DNA of 64,000 bases from a virus. A program made the position numbers and the translations under genes. This document shows positions 55,165-64,000 of the stretch, piece by piece; positions within the stretch are counted from its first letter, which is position 1; every line of letters begins with the position of its first letter. The notes beneath the pieces were generated by a model that had not been told where the DNA came from, searched no databases, and was given only the letters and a program-made list of their open reading frames with translations. The stretch spans positions 15,072 to 79,071 of the IMG/VR virus record IMGVR_UViG_3300036781_000230; one strand, given 5' to 3'.

Positions 55165-55446
55165 ATGGACTGCTGTGTGTTGAGTTCTGAGGAAGTTGGA
55201 CAGTTAAAGCACTACAAAATTCTTCCTAATCATGAGAATCATCACCACATCCCATGTGAACAAGCTATTCTCGGGCTTAAAGATGAGGATTACGAACTCA
55301 TTAGTGGATTTAACGGTCGTCAGTATCTGACCAAAACTAAGTTGTTTTTCCTGCGCAAAGTACCTTCTGGTGGTAAAGGAGCTATTCCTATAATTCAGAG
55401 AGTAGTCAGTAACCACTTGAAGCATCTGATGCCGATCAAATACTAA
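55165..55446 (+). CDS. Hypothetical protein
   Basis: GGAG RBS; colinear. Confidence 0.55.
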   Translation: MDCCVLSSEEVGQLKHYKILPNHENHHHIPCEQAILGLKDEDYELISGFNGRQYLTKTKLFFLRKVPSGGKGAIPIIQRVVSNHLKHLMPIKY

Positions 55447-55459
55447 GGGAGGTTCAGCT

Positions 55460-55903
55460 ATGTCCCCTTCGAATAGATGGCAACCTGGACAGAGTGGAAA
55501 TCCTTCTGGAGCTCGTAAAGGTCCTCGTAAGAATAATCTCTTAAGTCCTGCTTACAAAGCAATTCTCGGAGATATTCTAGATCAAGAAACAAAAGAAGAA
55601 TTCAAGATGCCTGACGGTTCTACTTGGGCTGATCTTATTGCGAAACACGTAGTTAAACGAGCTGTAGGTAAAGTTCCAGATGAGAAAATTTGCTTTAGGG
55701 CTATTACTGAGCTTCGAGAGACGACTGAAGGAAAAACTCCTGAGAAAGTAATTGCAGCTGGAAGCAATGAAGAACTTGCTAATTTGGCTCGGATCATGCA
55801 GGGAGACCCGGCACCACCTGAGGGAGACGAAGCAGTTATTCAGGACGATGAGGTTACGGAAAATGCCGAAGCTGATTTTCATAGTTCGGCAAATGAGGAA
55901 TAA
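55460..55903 (+). CDS. terS: Terminase small subunit (DUF5681-like N-terminus)
   Basis: WQPGQSGNPSG motif; directly upstream of TerL. Confidence 0.8.
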   Translation: MSPSNRWQPGQSGNPSGARKGPRKNNLLSPAYKAILGDILDQETKEEFKMPDGSTWADLIAKHVVKRAVGKVPDEKICFRAITELRETTEGKTPEKVIAAGSNEELANLARIMQGDPAPPEGDEAVIQDDEVTENAEADFHSSANEE

Positions 55904-55908
55904 GAGTC

Positions 55909-57177
55909 GTGCCAATCTTTAAGCCATTCGGACAAAAAGCCCACGATTTCGTTAAGAGGCATCCGAGTCAGGATAAGAAGTACACTCTTCTAGAGGGTAG
56001 TGTTCGTTCTTCAAAGACGTTTGCTGTAGATGCTAAACTTATACTTCAACTTTGTAACTACAAAGTTAATGGAAAGAGAGTCATTTGCGGAGCTACTAAA
56101 CAAACCGTCTATAAGAACATGCTTCTGGATATATTCCAAGTAGTTGGTAAGAAAAACTACTCTTACAATCGAGCTTCTGGTGAACTCTGGTTATTCGGGG
56201 TTCAGTGGTTCATCATCGGAGCTCGAGACGAAGCAAGCTACAAGAACATTCTTGGTATGACCATTGGTATCGCGCTCTGCGATGAGTGGACTGAATTTCC
56301 AAGAAGTTTTACAATGCAGTTGTTTCTTCGACTTTCTCCCCCGGGCTCGAGGCTATATGCTACCACAAACCCTGGGACACCTCAGCACTATCTTTTCACT
56401 GAAGTCATTCATAACGAGAACTTTGCTCCTGATCTTGAAGTTATTCACTTCACACTTGAAGATAATCCCAATATTGAACCCGATCAAAAGAGACAGATTA
56501 TCGCCTCTCAGAAAGGTGTTTACTATCAGCGATATATTTTAGGGTTGTGGGTGGTGGCTGAAGGAGCCATTTACAAGGATGCGTGGTCTGATGATCTACT
56601 GTACAATGATCAAACTAGACCCGAAGGATTGTATGGTTCTGGTGGGTACAATAAGCATATTATAGCTATTGACCACGGGACGCACAATCCCTGTACGTTC
56701 TTAGAGTTCTTCGATGATGGTGAAGTAGCGTGGATGGATCGAGAGTATTACTGGGATTCAGTTAAAGAGATGAGGCAGAAAACTAATTCTGAATACGCCG
56801 ACGATTTAGAAGAGTTTATTGCCAGCTCTAGAGTCATAGGAGTTAACAATCCTATGATTGTAGTTGATCCTGCTGCAGCCGGTTTTAAAATTGAGCTAGT
56901 AAAACGCGGCTTATATGTAGTTGATGCGAATAATGAAGTTCTCGAAGGTATTCACCGAACCTCTGAAGTAATGGCTTGTAAAGCATTGAGGGTTCATGAA
57001 GATTGCGCGAATGAGCGTCGAGAATGTGGTCTATATTCCTGGGATAAAAAAGCCGGGGAAAAGGGCAATGAGCAACCACTCAAAGTTAATGACCATACTC
57101 AAGACGCTAAAAGATATGGAGTAATGGAACTGTTCCCAGAATGGAGAATGGTATCTACTCTTCAAAGAGCGGCTTAA
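55909..57177 (+). CDS. terL: Terminase large subunit (PBSX-like)
   Basis: EGSVRSSKT, CDE, TTNP, DNP, IDHG, VDPAA, NDHTQDAKRY motifs. Confidence 0.95.
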   Translation: MPIFKPFGQKAHDFVKRHPSQDKKYTLLEGSVRSSKTFAVDAKLILQLCNYKVNGKRVICGATKQTVYKNMLLDIFQVVGKKNYSYNRASGELWLFGVQWFIIGARDEASYKNILGMTIGIALCDEWTEFPRSFTMQLFLRLSPPGSRLYATTNPGTPQHYLFTEVIHNENFAPDLEVIHFTLEDNPNIEPDQKRQIIASQKGVYYQRYILGLWVVAEGAIYKDAWSDDLLYNDQTRPEGLYGSGGYNKHIIAIDHGTHNPCTFLEFFDDGEVAWMDREYYWDSVKEMRQKTNSEYADDLEEFIASSRVIGVNNPMIVVDPAAAGFKIELVKRGLYVVDANNEVLEGIHRTSEVMACKALRVHEDCANERRECGLYSWDKKAGEKGNEQPLKVNDHTQDAKRYGVMELFPEWRMVSTLQRAA

Positions 57178-57186
57178 GGAGCTAAA

Positions 57187-57516
57187 ATGGCACATAATTT
57201 TGGTGGTTTCTCAGCTTATGCTAATGATGAAGCACCCATCGAAGAAATGTCGAATGATGGTGGACTTCCTGGTTCTCCTTACTATGCTGGAGACGGTGGT
57301 GATGGTTCTGGCGTAATGAGACGTCATCATGTGGAAGGTCTTCCTGATCTCGATCGTAAACCGGCTGAAGACTCGATGTCTATTCCTGAGGGAATGAATT
57401 CGGGAATGAGTGGAGATTCACTTGGACCAAGCGGTAAGAAATTTACCGAACATCTTCATTCTCGTAAAAGTGATGGTAAATTTGAACCATCATCTTTACG
57501 AGGAAAGAACGAATAG
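57187..57516 (+). CDS. Low-complexity head-module protein
   Basis: AAGGAG RBS; HSRKSDGKF motif; several AxD sites. Confidence 0.6.
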   Translation: MAHNFGGFSAYANDEAPIEEMSNDGGLPGSPYYAGDGGDGSGVMRRHHVEGLPDLDRKPAEDSMSIPEGMNSGMSGDSLGPSGKKFTEHLHSRKSDGKFEPSSLRGKNE

Positions 57517-57544
57517 TAGTTAAATTCGCAGTACTGAAAGGGAA

Positions 57545-57832
57545 ATGATGAAACGCCTTGCCTATACTCTCTTGCTTCTAACGGTGGTTCCTCTGACACA
57601 AGCTCAGACTCCTACTCCGCCTCAGTCTCAACCGACCCAAACTCTGACGAATGATCCAGTTTTTCGACAGATGGTAACTGAACGTGAACTTCTATTTAAG
57701 AAACTCCAAGACATTACTGAGTTTCAACAGTTCATGCAGGTTGAGCGAAGCATCGAGCAATACATGGCTTCTCATCCTCAGGCTCCTGATCCTAAGAGTG
57801 CTGTTCCAGTAAAACCTGCTTCGAAGAAGTAA
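57545..57832 (+). CDS. Secreted small protein
   Basis: MMKRLAYTLLLLTVVPLTQA signal peptide. Confidence 0.6.
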   Translation: MMKRLAYTLLLLTVVPLTQAQTPTPPQSQPTQTLTNDPVFRQMVTERELLFKKLQDITEFQQFMQVERSIEQYMASHPQAPDPKSAVPVKPASKK

Positions 57833-57853
57833 TTCTAAAAGAAAGGAGGTCTG

Positions 57854-59503
57854 ATGCCACGCAAGAAATCTACCTCTAGTATCAGACCTCTTCCAGCCAA
57901 TGACGATGCTAATTACGTTCGTCGTCCTAGTGGTATTGCTACAGACAGTTATAGCAATGCTCCTGCTCGTCTGGGTACTGGTACTCCTAATCTTGTACAG
58001 GCTGGCAACTATCCTCTAATTCGTCTTACTGAGGATTATCCGCTTATACTCAGTCTTTATCGAAGTTCTTGGGTTATTCGTAGAGTCATAGACACTGTAG
58101 CTAATCACATTTACAGTTCTTTTCCTACTCTTACGGCTGATCTAAAGCCTGAGCAGATAAGAGATTTTGATAGAGTAGTTCGAAAGACAGGCACTCTTAC
58201 TAAACTGCGCTCAGCCCAGAAGTGGGGGCGACTCTTTGGTGGCGCAGGTGCTGTGATTGTAATTGAAGGTCACGACGACTTGATGCAACCACTTAGTTTG
58301 GATGATGTGGAAGTAGGTTCTTTCAAAGGACTTATTCCTTTAGATCGTTGGTCTGGTATCATTCCAGGACCTCAAATCGATTCTAACATCAATAACATCG
58401 GAAATTTCGGTTTACCTCTTTACTATAACTGTATAATGGATGCTGGAAATGTGAACATCCATCACAGTCGAATTCTACGGTTTACTGGTAGGGAACTTCC
58501 TCAGTGGGAAGTACAAGTTGAACTTTACTGGGGAATGTCAGAAGTTGAAATCGTTTTCGATGAGCTTCGAAAAAGAGATTATAGTTCTTGGAACATCGTT
58601 TCTCTACTTACTCGTGCTCAAGTCTTAAGTATTGAAGAACCGCAGTTAGCTACTCTGATGTCTGGAGCTGGTGGCAGCAATAAGTCCTACGGTGATTTCA
58701 TTAAGAGAATGGAATCTATTAGCCAACTTCTTAATAATCAAGGACTGTTAGTTCTCGGTAAAGACGGCAAGCTTCAACAGACTTCATACGGATTCGGTGG
58801 TATTTCTGACGTTTATCATGAGTTCATGAAAGACCTTGCGGCTTCCTGTGAGATTCCGTACGAAATCATCTTTGGAAGAGAATCTGGTCTTGGAAGCAAT
58901 TCTGAAGGTTCTCTTCAGCTTTATGATAATCTCATCGAAGAAAAACGTAAATCTGAAGCTGATCCTAATATGGATAGACTTATTCCTATTATAGCTCAGA
59001 GTACTTTCGGTTTCGTTCCCGATGATATCGACCACGCATGGTCGCCGTTTAGATCGCTATCGCAAGAGCAGCGTAATAATCTTGCTCGTGGAACTACTAC
59101 CTCTATTGTTGAGGCCTTCAATTCCGATCTAATTACTAAACGTGAAGCACGAACTGAACTCAGAAATTCTAGCTTAGTTCATGATCAATTTAGTAGCATC
59201 ACTAAAGAAGCTCTAGCAGCAACCCCAGATAAGTTCGCCTCTGAGCTTGGTATGGGAGAAGTACAGGTACCTGAAGGAGGAGGTGATCCATTCTCTGAAG
59301 GAAACAAAGAGGAAAAACCTGCTAAAGAGAAATCTGATGATGACAAATCCGACAAAGAAGAGTCTTCGAAGAAATCTAAAAAGAAGAAAAGTAAATTAGC
59401 AAAAGATTCCTATCCTTCAGTTGAGAGTGAATCTCTCAAAAATCCAATAGGCTTACTCGACTGGATAAGTAATAAAATTAATCTATTTAGGGCTTCGCAA
59501 TGA
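57854..59503 (+). CDS. Portal protein (DUF1073-like)
   Basis: LYRSSW, WGRLFGGA, IHHSRILRF, WGMS, IPYEIIFG motifs. Confidence 0.9.
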   Translation: MPRKKSTSSIRPLPANDDANYVRRPSGIATDSYSNAPARLGTGTPNLVQAGNYPLIRLTEDYPLILSLYRSSWVIRRVIDTVANHIYSSFPTLTADLKPEQIRDFDRVVRKTGTLTKLRSAQKWGRLFGGAGAVIVIEGHDDLMQPLSLDDVEVGSFKGLIPLDRWSGIIPGPQIDSNINNIGNFGLPLYYNCIMDAGNVNIHHSRILRFTGRELPQWEVQVELYWGMSEVEIVFDELRKRDYSSWNIVSLLTRAQVLSIEEPQLATLMSGAGGSNKSYGDFIKRMESISQLLNNQGLLVLGKDGKLQQTSYGFGGISDVYHEFMKDLAASCEIPYEIIFGRESGLGSNSEGSLQLYDNLIEEKRKSEADPNMDRLIPIIAQSTFGFVPDDIDHAWSPFRSLSQEQRNNLARGTTTSIVEAFNSDLITKREARTELRNSSLVHDQFSSITKEALAATPDKFASELGMGEVQVPEGGGDPFSEGNKEEKPAKEKSDDDKSDKEESSKKSKKKKSKLAKDSYPSVESESLKNPIGLLDWISNKINLFRASQ

Positions 59504-59949
59504 AAACTCTATTTGCAAATGCTCTCGATGGTCTTTACTGGGCTAATGACTCATTACCTACTAAGAAATTTCATGACTTAACTTTAGTCATCGAAACTCC
59601 TAAGTTCGAGATGAGACAAGGTCCTGGATGGATGTCCAGCCCACCGGCCGACTACGGCTATATCCTGGATACTACAGGTGCTGACGGTGACGAGATGGAT
59701 TGCTATCTAGGACCTAACCCAGAAAGTACTATAGTATACGTAGTTGATCAGAACAGAATGGATAGTTCTGAATTCGATGAGCATAAGTGTATGCTGGGCT
59801 ATAAGTCTATGGCAGAAGCCAAAAAAGATTACTATGATGGCCACACTCATGGTACTCAGATCTTCAGAGGTATAACTGCCATGACTCTGAGCGTATTTAA
59901 AGCTTGGCTTAAACATGGAGATGTCTCTAAGCCTATAATTTTACGGTAA
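59500..59949 (+). CDS. Inorganic pyrophosphatase-like domain protein
   Basis: IETPK..R, YGYI..T.GADGDEMDC, FDEHKCMLG motifs. Confidence 0.8.
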   Translation: MKTLFANALDGLYWANDSLPTKKFHDLTLVIETPKFEMRQGPGWMSSPPADYGYILDTTGADGDEMDCYLGPNPESTIVYVVDQNRMDSSEFDEHKCMLGYKSMAEAKKDYYDGHTHGTQIFRGITAMTLSVFKAWLKHGDVSKPIILR

Positions 59950-60108
59950 CAAGATTAAAAGAGACTTATATGACTAACGATGAAATCTATCGATTAGCAA
60001 AGGCTGAAGACGTACGTTGTATTAAGCCTCTTATGAATTTAGTTACTCTAGCTGCTCTGGAAATTCTTAAATTAGAAAGTAAAACTCCAGTACCAGAGGG
60101 AGTGAAAT

Positions 60109-60972
60109 TTGTCGACCTCTTTCCTCGTCCCTGATCGTATAGAATCTGCTTATAGATCAGCTATATCAAAAGTAGTTATGTCTTGGGTTCCTCCAAAGTT
60201 AAAAGGCATAAGTCCTTCTTATTGGCTGAAAGAACTAGCTGATGTTAGTACTCGTAAAAGTATTATTAATGCTAGTACTAATATAGCAGTAAATATGGTG
60301 AGTAGAGTCAATGTGGTAAATGTAAAGTCTTGGAGAGAAGCTGCTCTCAAGGCCCAAAGTAGCAGGTACATTTATGATCTTCTACAACAAGAGTTATCTG
60401 GTCCACTAGGAATACGAGTTAGACAATTAGTTTTAGAAAATGCTAGAATAGTAGGACAAATACCTGGCGATGTCGCTGATATTCTGTCTGAAGAAATAGC
60501 TAAAGCTCAACAGCAAGGAACTAGACCTGAAGCCCTCGAAGCCCTTTTGAAACATCGCTTCACAGACATAATGTCTTGGAAAATAGCTCAGGTAGCTAGA
60601 ACTCAGTCTGGGTCAGCTAGTACTGCGTTAACCAGAGCTCGAAGTGAAGAACTAGGACTTCCATGTTTTATCTGGGATACTTCTGAAGATAGACGAGTTC
60701 GTCATTCTCACCAGATCATGGACGGTGTTGTAGTTTTCTGGAATGATTTACCTTCTCCTGAATCTTTAGCCGGGCAAAAAAGTTCTTTCGGTCGTTATGC
60801 TCCTGGAGATTGTACTAACTGTAGGTGTTATCCTCGTCCAGTGTTAACCCTTGAAGATGTTTTCTCTAAGAAAACTAATCTTATTAAAGTATACACTGAT
60901 GGTCATATAGTTAAAATGACTAGAATGAATTTTTCTAAGAAATCTGGTATTGAATCCAGAATGGCTGCTTAA
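60109..60972 (+). CDS. Minor head morphogenesis protein (Mu gpF/SPP1 gp7-like)
   Basis: ARTQ, W.T..D.RVR.SH, PG...NCRC motifs. Confidence 0.88.
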   Translation: MSTSFLVPDRIESAYRSAISKVVMSWVPPKLKGISPSYWLKELADVSTRKSIINASTNIAVNMVSRVNVVNVKSWREAALKAQSSRYIYDLLQQELSGPLGIRVRQLVLENARIVGQIPGDVADILSEEIAKAQQQGTRPEALEALLKHRFTDIMSWKIAQVARTQSGSASTALTRARSEELGLPCFIWDTSEDRRVRHSHQIMDGVVVFWNDLPSPESLAGQKSSFGRYAPGDCTNCRCYPRPVLTLEDVFSKKTNLIKVYTDGHIVKMTRMNFSKKSGIESRMAA

Positions 60973-60983
60973 GGAGAATTACT

Positions 60984-61397
60984 ATGAAGAATTTGGTCCG
61001 AATTATCTTAGCTCTTTTGCTCGGAACATCTGTTTGTCTCGCGCAGTCTGCTGGTCCAGTTGCTGCGGTTCCTGGTACTCCAGGTGCTGTTGCTGTATAT
61101 GGAACTCCTATTAACGGAACTCCAGTCATTGTTCCTGGCACTGTGATTCCGACGAACGGTAAGAGTGTACTTACTGGTACTATTACGGCAACTACAGCAA
61201 CTACGGCTCCAGCAACTATTACTGGAGTAACTACGAGTTCGGTTTGTGTTTTCTCTGCTGCTAATGCTATAGCTGCGGCTGCTATTATAGCAGATAATGC
61301 TTTCATTACCCCTACTGCTAATACAGTAACTCTTACATTTAGCGCAGCTCCAGCGACTACAGGTGGAATCTTTAAAGTTCATTGTACTGTGAACTAA
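60984..61397 (+). CDS. Signal-peptide protein with beta domain shared with fibre C-terminus
   Basis: MKNLVRIILALLLGTSVCLA leader; AAGGAG RBS. Confidence 0.65.
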   Translation: MKNLVRIILALLLGTSVCLAQSAGPVAAVPGTPGAVAVYGTPINGTPVIVPGTVIPTNGKSVLTGTITATTATTAPATITGVTTSSVCVFSAANAIAAAAIIADNAFITPTANTVTLTFSAAPATTGGIFKVHCTVN

Positions 61398-61406
61398 GAG
61401 GATAAT

Positions 61407-61607
61407 ATGGCAATTGATCCTGGAAAATCAGTTTTTCCATCAGATAATCAAACTCCCTTTGAAGGTGTTGAGAATCTAAATCCTGGTAATGGTGGTGGAA
61501 ACAGTGGTGCTGTACTTAGTCCAGCTCCTGGTCTTGGTTTATCTGCTTATCAAGATCCTAGAGTTCCTGTGAAAGCACCGTTACCTAATCGTCAAGGAGG
61601 TAGCTAG
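61407..61607 (+). CDS. Small Pro/Gly-rich head-module protein
   Basis: GAGGA RBS; colinear. Confidence 0.55.
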   Translation: MAIDPGKSVFPSDNQTPFEGVENLNPGNGGGNSGAVLSPAPGLGLSAYQDPRVPVKAPLPNRQGGS

Positions 61608-61609
61608 CC

Positions 61610-61948
61610 ATGGCAAAAATCAATGGCGGATATAGCGCAGTTTCATGGGGTCCTACTGTGGATTTAACTCCACACGATAATGGACCTATTCCAGAAATGA
61701 GTACAAGCATTCCCAGTTCAATTCCTGAGCTTGGAATTCTCACTGATGGTGATCCCTATTCTGGAATAGGAAACTACGGTAGTTCTGAAATTCCTCCGGC
61801 TATGGATTCTGATTTTTCAAAGTTAGAACATAAGTTAGAGCATAAACCGGGAGTTACCAATCCTGCTGGCCTCGCAGCAAGTATTGGAAGAAAAGAACTC
61901 GGACAAGCTGAAATGACCCGTCGAAGTGAAGAAGGTCGTAAGCACTAA
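61610..61948 (+). CDS. Head-module protein
   Basis: AGGAGG RBS; F.KLE..L...GV.NP.GLAA.IGRK..G motif. Confidence 0.6.
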   Translation: MAKINGGYSAVSWGPTVDLTPHDNGPIPEMSTSIPSSIPELGILTDGDPYSGIGNYGSSEIPPAMDSDFSKLEHKLEHKPGVTNPAGLAASIGRKELGQAEMTRRSEEGRKH

Positions 61949-63348
61949 TGCCTAAGTATTACTCATTGATGCTTAGTCCCAACATCTCAAAAACTGTTGA
62001 GGGCTATCTGATATGTAAGGATGTTCCTCTTTGTCGTAGTGGCTATCAAGATTATCTAGGTAAAGAACTAGAAGATTTTACCGGCTACGAAAAATCCTGG
62101 GATTTGAATCCAAATCAAATCTACAGAGTATATCGACCTAAAGATGAAGTTCTTCATCCAGATTTCATTGCTAGTCTCGAGGGAAAGACTACAGTAGATG
62201 AGCATCCCGAAGGAAACGTAGTTCATGTTGATAATGAAAAAGAGGTCAACTGTGGACACGTTCAGAATGTTCGTCAAGGTCCCATTATTGATGGAGAAGT
62301 TACCCTCATCGGTGACATTATCATCAAGGATCTGGATCTTATTGAAAAAGTTCGACCAGAAAGCGATCCGGATAATGAATACGGAACCGCTGTTCGTGAC
62401 GTAAGTTGCGGCTATGGTCTTCACCTCAAGCGTCTCGATGATGGGACGATTGTGATGCATCGGTTGCGTGGAAACCACGTAGCTGTAGTTGAAAAAGGTA
62501 GGGCCGGTCCAAGGTTTGCTATCAAGGATTCTGCTCTGCCCGAAATCAAAATAATCAAGGAGCCGATTATGTCACTAAGAAAGACGATTATCGGGCGAGG
62601 AATCCAAGCACTCTTTGGAGATATCAGCCAAGCGGAAAAAGACAGCCTCATGGCTGAGCTTGACGCTTCTGGTACCGCTAAGATTGCGACAGATGCTGAA
62701 CCCAAGGAAATGCACCCTGCTCACGCTTGCTTGGATCGCTGCTTGTCAGCGATGAAAGCGGGAGACTCCGCAGCTCTTGAAGAGCATAAGAAAGAACTCT
62801 TCAAACACATCGGTCATCATGAGCCTGAGCACATGGATGATTCTGAGGTGGAAAAGCTCAAGGATGAAGAGAAAGAAGAAAAGAAAGAGCACAAAGCCGG
62901 TGATGAGGAACTCGAGCAGGAAGAAAAAACTCCTGCAGAAGAATCCGAAGAAACCCACGCTACTGACTCTGAAAAAGCTGAGAAAGAGATCAACGATCCT
63001 GGTGAATCTGTTCTCAAGGCCGCTAACGATTCTGTTCGTGATTACATTCGAAACACTCGTCCTTTGGTTGCAGTGATCGCAAGCAAGGATAAGAGCAAAC
63101 GTTCGAAACATGAGCAAGTTATGCTTGATAGTTACAACGGCGCTGTTAAAGGCCTTAACTCTCAGGTTGGTCGTCGATCTACTTATTCGGCTCTTGCTCG
63201 TACGAAGAAACCCGAAGGTATTCCTGCTTTGGCTACTGATTCTTCAGCAGTTACCAAAGCTCCTGAGACCTGCAATTGTTTTGATGGTGTTCCGTACAAG
63301 GTCGGTCTCAAACGTCACGAAACCGCTCATCAGAAGGGAGCTAACTAA
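61948..63348 (+). CDS. Prohead protease/scaffold (DUF2213-like)
   Basis: EGYL, RSG.Q.Y, VYRP.DEV, SCGY, NHVAVV..GRAG motifs; charged C-terminal scaffold region. Confidence 0.88.
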   Translation: MPKYYSLMLSPNISKTVEGYLICKDVPLCRSGYQDYLGKELEDFTGYEKSWDLNPNQIYRVYRPKDEVLHPDFIASLEGKTTVDEHPEGNVVHVDNEKEVNCGHVQNVRQGPIIDGEVTLIGDIIIKDLDLIEKVRPESDPDNEYGTAVRDVSCGYGLHLKRLDDGTIVMHRLRGNHVAVVEKGRAGPRFAIKDSALPEIKIIKEPIMSLRKTIIGRGIQALFGDISQAEKDSLMAELDASGTAKIATDAEPKEMHPAHACLDRCLSAMKAGDSAALEEHKKELFKHIGHHEPEHMDDSEVEKLKDEEKEEKKEHKAGDEELEQEEKTPAEESEETHATDSEKAEKEINDPGESVLKAANDSVRDYIRNTRPLVAVIASKDKSKRSKHEQVMLDSYNGAVKGLNSQVGRRSTYSALARTKKPEGIPALATDSSAVTKAPETCNCFDGVPYKVGLKRHETAHQKGAN

Positions 63349-63353
63349 CCAAT

Positions 63354-63914
63354 ATGCCAGCCTCAGTAATTCCTGTAAAAGGACTATACCTCGGCTTTGT
63401 CGGCAACATCAGCAACGAAGGTTTCTCTCTTCGTACTGCTCGGCAAGTCAATCCTTCGGATACGAATCCTATCGCCTTCGGCGAAACCTTCGTTCTGAAT
63501 GCCAACAACACCTACTCCAGTGTCAAGACCTTTGTTGCTGCTAGTGGAACCGTTACCGCTGCGACTCCGATGGGAATTGCTGTTAGTAACGTCAACATTA
63601 ATCCTACCTATAACACTCAAGGTACGGATGGCGTTAACACCCCTGGTGGAGTTTATTTGCCTGGGACCATCATGGATGGCCTTGTTCAAGGAACTATTAA
63701 CGTCAGCTGCAATAACGGTACTCCAACAGCTGGTGGAAATGTCTATATTCGGACAGTTCTCAACGGTGCTATTCCGAATGGAGTTATCGGTGGACTCGAA
63801 GCTCAGGCGGACGGCTCAAACAGCGTTCTCTACCCGAACTTCAAATGGAAGACTGGTTTCCTCGAGACGGATCTTACGGCTCAGGTTACTATCCTTCAGC
63901 GCACTATTGCCTAA
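63354..63914 (+). CDS. Capsid decoration/cement protein
   Basis: Between protease and capsid; IAFG, GTINV, GGNVYIR motifs. Confidence 0.7.
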   Translation: MPASVIPVKGLYLGFVGNISNEGFSLRTARQVNPSDTNPIAFGETFVLNANNTYSSVKTFVAASGTVTAATPMGIAVSNVNINPTYNTQGTDGVNTPGGVYLPGTIMDGLVQGTINVSCNNGTPTAGGNVYIRTVLNGAIPNGVIGGLEAQADGSNSVLYPNFKWKTGFLETDLTAQVTILQRTIA

Positions 63915-63932
63915 TCGGCGGAAAGGTAAGAA

Positions 63933-64000
63933 ATGAATCCCAGAGAATATCAACAGAGCCTAAACGCTCTGCGCAGTGGGAAGGTACTTTCCGATGCCGC
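63933..64000 (+). CDS. Probable major capsid protein, 3'-truncated by window edge
   Basis: AAAGG RBS, ATG 63933 (MNPREYQQSLNALRSGKVLSDA); assigned by synteny only. Confidence 0.55.
   Translation, partial: MNPREYQQSLNALRSGKVLSDA

Noticed and set aside
57854-59503. Anti-CBASS Acb1 annotation
   Set aside because: DUF1073 portals are often labelled this way; position and motifs indicate a portal and no 2H phosphoesterase HxT pair is evident.
2611-63936. Many antisense or nested ORFs in the track (e.g. 2611-2922, 12602-13051, 27467-27799, 43259-43534, 49761-50009, 51279-51482, 62068-62478)
   Set aside because: They overlap well-supported genes or regulatory repeats, lack RBSs and have shadow-frame composition.
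1-64000. tRNA genes, integrase/att site, introns, inteins, reverse transcriptase/DGR, alternative genetic code
   Set aside because: No cloverleaf, recombinase, RT or intein motifs recognised; core genes are uninterrupted under the standard code. The part of the genome outside the window cannot be assessed.

Overview
The window is an almost complete, circularly permuted genome of a contractile-tailed (myovirus-type) dsDNA phage, probably of a diderm host (GH108 endolysin, Sec and Tat signal peptides). It opens inside a head-tail connector gene and ends at the start of the probable major capsid gene. The + strand carries neck, tail, baseplate, fibre and lysis genes (1-19.8 kb) and the terminase, portal and head genes (54.6-64 kb). 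The - strand (20-54 kb) carries nucleotide-metabolism, replication and early genes, interrupted by two small + strand early islands. I found no integrase, tRNA or CRISPR array. Main observations: (1) small early genes that look like truncated or rearranged copies of the phage's own terminase, tail sheath and baseplate proteins, two of them fused to Tat-like signal peptides, which may be an undescribed decoy/mimic system; (2) a T4-like glycosyl-hydroxymethylcytosine pathway built around a family A polymerase; (3) tail-fibre and head-module proteins with Sec signal peptides; (4) a dispersed palindromic element with a fixed 30-bp spacer and a helically phased arm; (5) a cassette of structured non-coding RNAs sharing a conserved closing stem. 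All family assignments and alignments were made by eye from motifs; no searches were run.
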